DNA of 64,000 nt, from the NCBI GenBank assembly GCA_040954595.2, contig CM082591.2:3519957-3583956 (forward strand), given 5' to 3'. Positions 1-9,025 of the stretch are shown one piece after another. The notes below the pieces were generated by a model that was not told where the DNA came from, did not search any database, and saw only the letters and a list, made by a program, of their open reading frames with translations. Within the stretch, counting starts at the first letter, position 1. Every line of letters starts with the position of its first letter. The stretch is from Balanoglossus misakiensis (lineage: Eukaryota; Animalia; Hemichordata). Made by a program: the position numbers and the translations under genes.

Positions 1-55
1 TTCAACTTTTCTGTTAAAATCCAGTTCCTTAATATTCTTTCTTGTCTGTTCCCAG

Positions 56-3000
56 ATCTCATACCTCTGTCTGGACTTGTCGCTTTACTTAATCTTCCAG
101 TTAACCTGATGAATGTATTTTGTACCTACGACAATGGGTTGTCCACTGGTGCCATTGTGATGATGTAAGGGTGTCATTTTTTGCTGTTGCTTAGTTTTTA
201 TAGAACATTGAACTGCAACGTTTGGTAATTTGCAGACTCAAAATATGTATCAATCTTCACAGGAGTTCTTTCCATTTATCAACTTAACAACACATCCCTA
301 CTGAACTACATAGTCATTGACTTTTAAAACTTATGTAATTAAACATGTGCGTGAAATCATTAAAACACTGACGTACCTTTCGTTATACGCACAGCTGCAT
401 CACGGGAGTTTTATTGCTCCTCGTTATCTGTGGTTCCTCCTACGAACAATACAAATTGCTCAAAACAAGGAAAACTGAGGAGTATTCGCCGACGGATGCT
501 GTTGAAATGAACTTTGAACTTCGGAAAAGATTGGAAATAGACGTACCTACGGCGGACAATACTTCAGGAACAACAACTGTGCAAGACGCCACTGGTACTA
601 CGACAAGTAGGTCGATAAAATTGATTGGCGAATATGTATTTCTTGTGTGGGACTATACATAATTTAAAATAACCTAGAATATACATAATCTGCATATCAA
701 GCTAGCCTATCATCGGAAATGCTAAAACCGATTGGTGTAACGACTGGGATAGTGCAGTGCCCAGACTGACTCGCTTCACAGAAAATCACACGTCCATTTC
801 AGCTCTGTGGGAAGACTACTTGGTCTCGTTCTCGGTCATCAGTAATGGCGCCCACATCCTGAACGCCTGTGACGTGGACAGCGAAGAGCGTGGGTTGTTG
901 TCGCTGCATGGAATCCGTGTTATATCCATTATCTGGATGATATTAGGCCAGAGCCTTCTTTTGGCGGCAGAATTTTTCTGTGAGTAGTTTCAAACATCTT
1001 CTACTTCACAAGTGTTTGGTCGCGTTTCCTCAGTTGTCTGTTCACCACCAACGTTCGAAAGTGGACATCGAAAGTAGTGTCGGGAAAAATGTTGGCCATT
1101 GCACGGCCATTTTCGCCAAGAAATTGGAAGAATGGCCTAATCATAGTCAATGTATATTCCGTGAATCAGGGCGATCTACTAATTATTTTACCGTGTACAT
1201 ACTTATGTTACAGGCAATCCCCTTAACGTCACATTCATCCTAGAGTTTGCGCTTGCGCAACCCGCTGTTTACTTCATGTATTGTGAGGATACACTTCTAC
1301 TTCTCAGGTAATGATTACACGTGTATAACGTCAGGGATAATTTCTTCCATTCTTTTTGTCTACTTATACGTCCTGAGACGCCAACTGTTGGTAATACTAT
1401 AATATTAAACATTAAAAGATAATATTGATTGAAAATGAAACTTATTTGATTATTTTCCAGTGGATTTCTGGTGACTTACTACTGTGTTTCTAGGATCCAA
1501 ACTCACGGCAAAGGCAGTTGGGTTCAATACTATATACACTGCATCTGGAAGTATGTTCTTCATTTTTTGCCAAAGAGAATGATGGCGGCCATTTTGAATT
1601 TCAAATTTGAGACAATTCTGTCCTCTCACTCAAAATTTCGCACTGTAACCCTCAATTTTTGAGCAAAATATGAGAAAAGGCGAGGCTCAAACTACCTTAA
1701 CACGTTTCGGTACAGAATTCTTAGTCGCTCGTTTATCGCCTATGGTGAATTAATTGAATACTTCTTCCCCCCCCCCCCACTATCTTCTAGACTCTCTCCT
1801 GCCTACTATCTGGCACTGTTTGCATTCATGTACATGGCGGAATACTTCATAGATGGTCCCTTAAAGTTTTACCACTACCGACACATGGATACCTGCTACG
1901 AGAATTGGTGGGCTAATGTACTTTACATTAATAATCTCTATCCCTTCCCGGGAAATTTGGCTGAACAGGTCAGTACAGTTCAGCAAATTTTGAACATTGA
2001 CCCAGAATAAAGAAAATAAATAAGAAAAACGCACAGAGGAATACTCTAGTTTATATTACACAGATATAAATTGTCGTCGCTTGTCATGTTTTATAATGGT
2101 AATCTTCCCTCTCTTCGTCACAGTGTGGATATTGGTTTTGGTTTCTGGCCTGTCTCATGCAGTTTTACATCGTCACACCATTCATCATAATAGCCCTTGT
2201 CAGGTAAGTTACTCATCCAGGTCGATCAGGAAGAATATTACTGACAAGTACCAGTATGCGGGCAACAGTTGACTTCCAGGCGAACTGAAAAGCACGGGCG
2301 TGTCGATAGTTCACGTCCAGGACCGGGACACTAGGCAGTTCGGACACGTTCATCGGAAACATCCAGAATACGTGTTGGAAACTAAAGCGTCATTTTCAGA
2401 GACCAGGTTCTTATACACTGAAGTTTCTGAACAAAAAGAACACGCTTATCACCCTCTAAACATACCCTAACGCCTTTTTTTGTATTGACAGGCGACCTGC
2501 CATTGGTATTTCAGTAATTGTGGCCCTGGTTGCAGTCTGTGTGGGTTGTACGGTGTCGCTTGCCGCTTACTATGATACACCTGTCAGCGTTGCACAAGTC
2601 TTTCAAGGGTAAGGTTCCCAGGCAGTGTGCTGTCCTAACAACATACAAGATGGCGGCGACCATAGTCTGTGTCTCCAATGGCTAGGACACGTTATCATGT
2701 GATACATAACAAACAGTATATAATCCAACGTGTTAAATGGCAGAAGAGTTAAAAATTTCTGTTAAACCCTCCACCTATTCTAGTTTCTTACAAAGCTTGA
2801 TGATTCGTATTACTTGGCTGGCGACCAGTTGCCATGCGGTAATTAACCGAGATCTCGTAATGAGCGGAAAATCATCTATTTCCGGTTAGACTAAAGTAAT
2901 TAACTTCGCCCATAAAATTGGTTAACATATTGCAATGCTGCCAACTTGGCGCTTCAGAAATGGCTCATTGAGTTTGTCGTAAAATAGTTGCTAATTCTGA

Positions 3001-4149
3001 CAAGTTTCATTTTTGTCAAACAGGTACGTTGAGCTGGACAACATAGAAGAGCTCTTAAACCAGCACATACACAGTAAACCATACACGCGTATGACTCCCT
3101 ACCTCGTGGGTATGCTCATAGCATATGTTCTCGTCGCACGTGGCAGGGAATACAAAATCCATAAGGTAAGAAACCGGACCAGGGTTTATTAATAATGCAG
3201 AATTTTAGTTTGAGTGTGTTTTGGCCTCTTTCACATTTCAAATAACTGGAGAGGAAAAGATGATGATGATGATGATGATGATTCTGTTTTCTCATCAGCT
3301 GTTGAGTTTCCTCATTTGGTGCGTGGCCTTATTCACCATCGCGGCAGTCTTGCTCGGTCTGTATTCGACATTTCACGGCACCGTACTCTCTCGCGGGGTC
3401 ACCCTCCTCCACCAGGCGTGCAGGAAGTTGGGATTCTCGCTGGCCGTAGGATGGATCGTGTTCGCCTGCGTCACGGATCACGGAGGTAGGCCACGTGACG
3501 AGTGCAGTGGGTTGCCAACCCCTTGGGATATGGTTACAATTGCAAAGAGAGTGACCAATGCCGTCCCTTGCTTTTGTAGATTTTTTATCAGAAATAAAGA
3601 AGTGCTGGCCCATATCCGAGTGGATTTATAAGACAGGAGGATGACAGTCGTAGATGGTGTACATGATTGTGTACTCGTATTTTTATGTGTTCATGTTTCA
3701 TTTGCGTACAATAGGCCCACACCGGCGATCTGTCTGTCTGTCTCTCTCTCCACTCTACTAGGTTTTATCAACCGATTCCTGTCTTGGAAGGGTTGGATTC
3801 CGCTCAGCCGTCTTTCATTCGGAGCCTACCTCATCCACGCTTTTGTTATGTGTGTTTATCTCTACTGCCGTGACAATCTGGTCTACTTCAGCTACATCAA
3901 TGTGGTAAGAGACCTTTCTTCAAATTTGAGTTGGTGGGCCGTAATGTAGGAAATTCTCTAAGTTCTCGTTGACTTGCGAAATAAATGATCTGTTTATCTC
4001 TCTCTCTCTAGGCTGGGTTCTGGGTCGGATCGGTGTTTGGCGTCTATTTTGCCGCCTTCTTCTTCGTCTTGGTGACGGAGAAACCCTTCCGACGTTTGGA
4101 ACATGTGTCTTGGAGAAGGTGGAGCGAATGGCGAGCCAAATCTCGTTGA
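56..4149 (+). CDS. nrf-6: NRF-6 (nose resistant to fluoxetine 6)/O-acyltransferase-like protein, acyltransferase-3 family; 5' end lies upstream of the window; 12 visible coding exons
   Basis: Hand-spliced exons with AG/GT borders and consistent phases: 56-164, 395-606, 803(or 782)-979, 1214-1307, 1461-1550, 1791-1968, 2124-2203, 2492-2608, 3024-3165, 3299-3485, 3762-3904, 4012-4149 (TGA 4147-4149). Family motifs: LHGIRVISIIWMILG, EDTLLLLSGFLVTY, CYENWWANVLYINN, WFLACLMQFY, KPYTRMTPYLVG, GFINRFLSWKGWIPLSRLSFGAYLIH, EKPF. The symbol denotes family membership, not proven orthology. Confidence 0.92.
1580..1700. mobile_element. Probable terminal fragment of a TTAA-type (Kolobok-like) non-autonomous DNA transposon in an intron
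   Basis: Ends in ...GAGGCTCAAACTACC-TTAA (reverse: TTAA-GGTAGTTTGAGCCTC), i.e. TTAA plus a purine-purine terminus; the partner end was not found. Confidence 0.3.
3257..3282. repeat. (GAT)n microsatellite in an intron next to the splice acceptor
   Basis: About 8 perfect GAT units directly visible; source of the poly-M/poly-D ORFs in the track. Confidence 0.9.
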
Positions 4150-4451
4150 GTTTCGCGATACGAGGGATCCTTCGCCAAAACGAGAACGACTTTTTTAAGA
4201 TTCTACGATGAACGCTTATCAGATAATGATTCTTATGTAAGATACGTGGATTTGATGACATTCAATTTAAAACTCGTTTGCTTGAAAAAACACACACATT
4301 GCGAATAACTTATGCAATGCGTGAATGAGAATGGGTAGCAGACTAAAAATTGCTGATTGGAGCTCGATATCGTCTTGGATTTGTGTTGATATTTACATAG
4401 AATATAGAATTGTCTATAAACCAAAACGATGTTTGGAATGTATTTATTTTA

Positions 4452-4457
4452 AATAAA
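4452..4457 (+). promoter_or_regulatory. Candidate polyadenylation signal of the NRF-6-like gene
   Basis: AATAAA ~300 nt after the stop codon, followed by T-rich sequence (~4492-4515). Confidence 0.4.
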
Positions 4458-4941
4458 ATGTTCTGAAATTAACATTTTGAAATCACCGTACTTTTCCATT
4501 TTTTACTACTTTATCAATGCATTGTTGCATGCACGCAACAGCACATGTGTTTTATAGATAACGTGTTCTACGCTATAACACATTATTACAGTAGGCGACA
4601 CCTTGATGAATGTGATAGTGTTACACAACTTGGAATGAAGGCACTGCTTTGAAATGACGTAACGGTAACCCTCTTTCCCAAAGGTCAAATGATTCATATA
4701 AGTTGCCCCATTATATAACCGATTCATGTCTCAGATTTGTGCGAGTTGTTTGCGAAAATGTTGATCATAAATTAAGTGAAACTACATGGGCGATGAGATT
4801 GTTGACAAGCTCCAGTTAACCATTAAGGCTTCATATAATTTGATGATCTAGGTTATCTTCATGTAAAGTATTAAAAGCATTGGCTTCATTTAATTTGTTG
4901 AAATACTATGGTTTCATTTAAATTAGTTTTAACGGCATTAA

Positions 4942-5587
4942 AGTGAACCGACACCTTCCTTGTAGAGAGATTCTAATAAAATCTTTGTGAAAAACATGAG
5001 TGATTTGCGTCGTTTTTATTCACTTTCACTTATCGCGCAGCAGCGTAGCGTCGATCTCGATATACAGTGTGACGTCACCAACTACGCACCAGTAGCAGAC
5101 GCCACCGTGCGCACGCTAACGTACACAGACAGTTGACATGGCTGGCTCCCTCGCAAGTGGGAGCAAAAACAGAGTTGGCAAAAACACGGTGAAAGGTTTT
5201 ATAAGAGTTCCCGACCCTTCGGTGGACAGTCAAAATGCAAATCGACCTGAAAAATGGGTGTCAAACATTGGCATATTATTTCGGTGCTTATTGCTGAGAC
5301 AGATGATACTTTTGCTTCGGAAATGTTCGTGTTCAACTAGGCCCTATATCGTGAAGCATATTGCAAAAAAAAAAAAAAACTACACAGCAAAAATTGTCGA
5401 AACAGCCGGGGCTCCTGATTTCCTTTGATCACCATATGACGAAACCGAATTTTTGGCACTGTAAATCAAAACTCTGATCGGAAGAAAGTAGTGTGGCGGA
5501 AATAGGCCTACTAGTGAACACTGTTTTTGTCGCGTACCCAAGCTGTGAATGCATCGCAAAACCATTTCCAAAGACAAAAACGACCAC
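4942..5587 (+). repeat. Left inverted-repeat arm (~646 bp)
   Basis: Reverse complement of 6121-6767; by eye only two substitutions and a 15 vs 16 nt poly-A difference. Confidence 0.95.
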
Positions 5588-5610
5588 GCGATATTGAGTT
5601 TTCAAACGAA

Positions 5611-5871
5611 GATATCGTCGGATTTTTGTACGAACCCGAATACAGCAGCGATGAGATGGTAGGCGACTCAAGTGAAACTGATTCCAATAGTACAGAGGCA
5701 AGTGTAGACAGCAAAGATGACCGAGAAGAGTGGTCGGCTTCGTCTTTCATCACGCTCATGCTCATGGTGTAGCTGCGCTGCGGTAAATGCGAAGTTATTT
5801 CTACTGTCAAGGAATGCCGGTGCTGCCATGAAATAGATGTCTTGACAAGGCAGTTAGATAAAGACTTGAAT
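5611..5871 (+). pseudogene. Frameshifted fragment of a P2X7-intracellular-domain-like (Kolobok accessory, KolX-like) Cys-rich protein
   Basis: Translates as DIVGFLYEPEYSSDE, an acidic/Ser linker, (frameshift) GRLRLSSRSCSWCSC, (5-nt GCTGC duplication) GKCEVISTVKECRCCHEIDVL. The [Y/F]EP...WCxCGxC...ECxCCxE pattern resembles the zinc-binding start of the P2X7 C-terminal domain family; recognised by motif only. Confidence 0.7.
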
Positions 5872-6120
5872 GACATATCACGAAGCCATGCGATAATTTT
5901 TGACATTTAGTCACCCATGTCATAATAGGGACCCTCGTGATTTCCCAAAAGAATAGAAAGTAAGCCTATTGTCACTCTCGCGAAAATGTCTACCACACGT
6001 GTCTACCATCCTTTACGTTGATCAACAGCTGTGAAAAGATGCGGCTTTGTTGATCAAAGGGAGGCAGAAACTCCGATTGTCATGTTTCGAGTACATCTGT
6101 GGTGCTTCCAGATGGTAGAG

Positions 6121-6767
6121 GTGGTCGTTTTTGTCTTTGGAAATGGTTTTGCGATGCATTCACAGCTTGGGTACGCGACAAAAACAGTGTTCACTAGTAG
6201 GCCTATTTCCGCCACACTACTTTCTTCCGATCAGAGTTTTGATTTACAGTGCCAAAAATTCGGTTTCGTCATATGGTGATCAAAGGAAATCAGGAGCCCC
6301 GGCTGTTTCGACAATTTTTGCTGTGTAGTTTTTTTTTTTTTTTTGCAATATGCTTCACGATATAGGGCCTAGTTGAACACGAACATTTCCGAAGCAAAAG
6401 TATCATCTGTCTCAGCAATAAGCACCGAAATAATATGCCAATGTTTGACACCCATTTTTCAGGTCGATTTGCATTTTGACTGTCCACCGAAGGGTCGGGA
6501 ACTCTTATAAAACCTTTCACCGTGTTTTTGCCAACTCTGTTTTTGCTCCCACTTGCGAGGGAGCCAGCCATGTCAACTGTCTTTGTACGTTAGCGTGCGC
6601 ACGGTGGCGTCTGCTACTGGTGCGTAGTTGGTGACGTCACACTGCATATCGAGATCGACGCTACGCTGCTGCGCGATAAGTGAAAGTGAATAAAAACGAC
6701 GCAAATCACTCATGTTTTTCACAAAGATTTTATTAGAATCTCTCTACAAGGAAGGTGTCGGTTCACT
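6121..6767 (-). repeat. Right inverted-repeat arm (~647 bp)
   Basis: Reverse complement of 4942-5587. Confidence 0.95.
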
Positions 6768-8626
6768 TTAATTTCATTTGGACCACTTAATTTATTTTTC
6801 CATTTTATCGACAAATACTGTCATCACGTATTTCTCAGTTAACCTACTCCTCTTCGACGCACTATAAAGCAAATATTTTTGTTTTTCATTCCAATTGCAA
6901 ATGAGGAGTCTTTTTTATGTTATACTTGGATACTACTTACCATGTCATACAATACCATAGCGCACAATACTAGTATTCAGGTGCAACTGACTGATAATAG
7001 CCAGCGACATTTCATCAATTTCTCAGAATGTCTAACGATGTACCATCTGGGCATCAGTGTACTTGGTTCAATACACGATTCTGTTATTTTATCATGTGTA
7101 TTTGGTTTCAAGAGGATGGTGAATTTGATTCGAACTCTGATAAATATTCCCGGCGCTAATTGCACATATGTCTTAAACGTCACAATTATACCAACCGATT
7201 GACTTGACACGGCTCGATGTGTCATATTACAGCGTGATCTGTGTGATATCAACGCAGATTTCATCAAATTAGGTGATGCGGTTTCTGAAAAGTACCACCA
7301 ATTTCAAAGGCTCACTAAATATGCAAATAGTAGGTGATTTACACGACACGCAGTACTATGATTACGTGCTCTTGTGGGATTACCGTCTCAGTATACGGCC
7401 TCGATGATATCATCCAATTTGGCGCGGCAAGTCTTATATGCTGTTATTGCACTCTCTATAGATAGCTATCACCAGAAAAGGAGAAAGATTTGATTACTTT
7501 TATTAGCGTCATTAAGATCTAATCGGTTCTATGAGATCGCGTTAACAATAGACCGGGATATGAAAACACGGACAGAAATTGACGGGACATTAGCGCGTGA
7601 ACAAAAACCCCCCATCGATCGAAACATCTCACAATCAACACGTGCCCAGCAGACTCAAACCAAAATCATTTACCGGTCATTTTCTGACAAGGATCTAAAA
7701 CCTTGGACAAAATTCACGCAACCTTTCACTTCTTAATTAAATCCACACACTTCTTTCAAGCGAGCTCTCGAGGCACGACGTAATTATCGGCTGTCGGAAA
7801 TGAGACTCATTATACATCTCTTGTTGTTGCGCCTTCGTGGTGCTTTCGTTTTGGTCAAAATAACAATTTTATGCAAATCAAACTTTGTATTGACATTTGC
7901 ATATTACTTGCATATCAAACTTTAATTGACGGCAAAGATTGTCATGTGACCCATGCTATTAAAGCCATTGCTTGAGTGACCGACCTATATCACCGGAGGT
8001 TTATTTTTCAATAAGGAACAGTGTTGAGCCGATCAGGAAAGTTTTGGCAGAGGCGACAACGACAGTATATACCCGTGCACAGTAAGTCACAACCTTTTAT
8101 AATTTACATAGATGATGAAAAATAGCTAACTTGAATTAAGTTTGCTACATTTTCCCTTTACACTTTTCCTATATCATGATTTTTGGTAAAAATGTATACA
8201 GCGAGGGAGGGGTTGATTAATTTAATCCGCCGTTTTGCAGCATCGGAAAACGATTTCATCAATACACGATCGCGTGAAGATTTCCACCAGACTATCTATA
8301 TATACGGTTTGAAATACACCAATGACTAAGCCGTCTGCTGAAATAGCTGATATCGCAATTTTCACCAGTGATTTCGGTTGTTTTGCAATACATGTACATG
8401 AACGTTTCAGCTCGCATTGTGTACGCGGAAACAACTTACAGCTGCCTGGATGACGTCTTTGACACGTTCGGTCGCCAACGCAACATTTCCTCAACGTCAA
8501 TTTGAACTAAAAAGCTAGCACGGACTTGGATGAAAGCTTCCATCTTATCCGAGTAACATTTCACAGCGAGTTATGGTATGCAGTGTCAGTCTTGAAACGG
8601 TACTCCGGGTTTTCTCGTGTTCGTTA

Positions 8627-8835
8627 CTGTAAAACACTTTATTTTCGCAAGCAATAAGTTTACGCGAAATACGCGAGAGCCAAAATAGCGTGAAAATAAA
8701 AAAAGTCGCGTAATTTTTTTTGAAGATAACGATGCAGTGAATGAAATAAGAGAACGCGAAAATTAATACTCGCGAAACAGTGGCCACTCTCGATATCGCG
8801 AAAATTTCAACTCGCGAAAATAAAGTGTCTTACAG
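8627..8835. mobile_element. TA-flanked MITE (Tc1/mariner-type), ~209 bp
   Basis: TA-CTGTAAAACACTTTATTTTCGC ... GCGAAAATAAAGTGTCTTACAG-TA: 22-bp TIR with one mismatch, TA on both sides, and internal repeats of CGCGAAA. Confidence 0.85.
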
Positions 8836-9025
8836 TATTTCAAGTTTATACATGTACAACCATATCCAGTAATATCTAATGCGTTTTTGAATATTCGAAA
8901 TCACTATAAGCATTAAGCATTCTTTTCGTGCCTTATCAAAAGCGTTTTTTTCTGAATATCCGAAATTGATATAAATGAGCATTAAACTTTTGTATTGAAG
9001 GTTTCATAAGGCCTTTGACGTCGAC

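Larger units (their letters stand above)
4942..6767. mobile_element. Non-autonomous Kolobok-type foldback DNA transposon with very long terminal inverted repeats
   Basis: Flanked by TTAA at 4938-4941 and 6768-6771; termini AGTGAACCGACACC...GGTGTCGGTTCACT; left arm 4942-5587 is the reverse complement of right arm 6121-6767 (mirror-image ORFs in the track confirm this). TTAA TSD with RR..YY ends is the Kolobok signature, whereas piggyBac ends start with CC. Confidence 0.88.

Noticed and set aside
3969-4211. Track ORF 3969-4211 as the last exon of the NRF-6-like gene
   Set aside because: Wrong frame; the phase-0 splice to 4012 gives AGFWVG...EKPFRRLE with a stop at 4147-4149, matching the family C-terminal motif.
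5515-5597. Peptide ...YPSCECIAKPFPKTK in the arm end, faintly THAP-like (FPK)
   Set aside because: Lacks the spaced C2CH residues and Trp of a THAP domain; too short to support.
5138-6571. Pairs of identical ORFs on opposite strands (e.g. MAGSLASGSKN..., MSLEMVLRC...)
   Set aside because: Mirror products of the inverted-repeat arms; no recognisable domain, and the poly-A length difference shifts the frame.
6960-7445. Segment with the look of an interspersed repeat (hairpin GACACGGCTCGATGTGTC, octamer at 7321)
   Set aside because: No second copy, TIR or TSD identifiable within the window; needs a genome-wide search.
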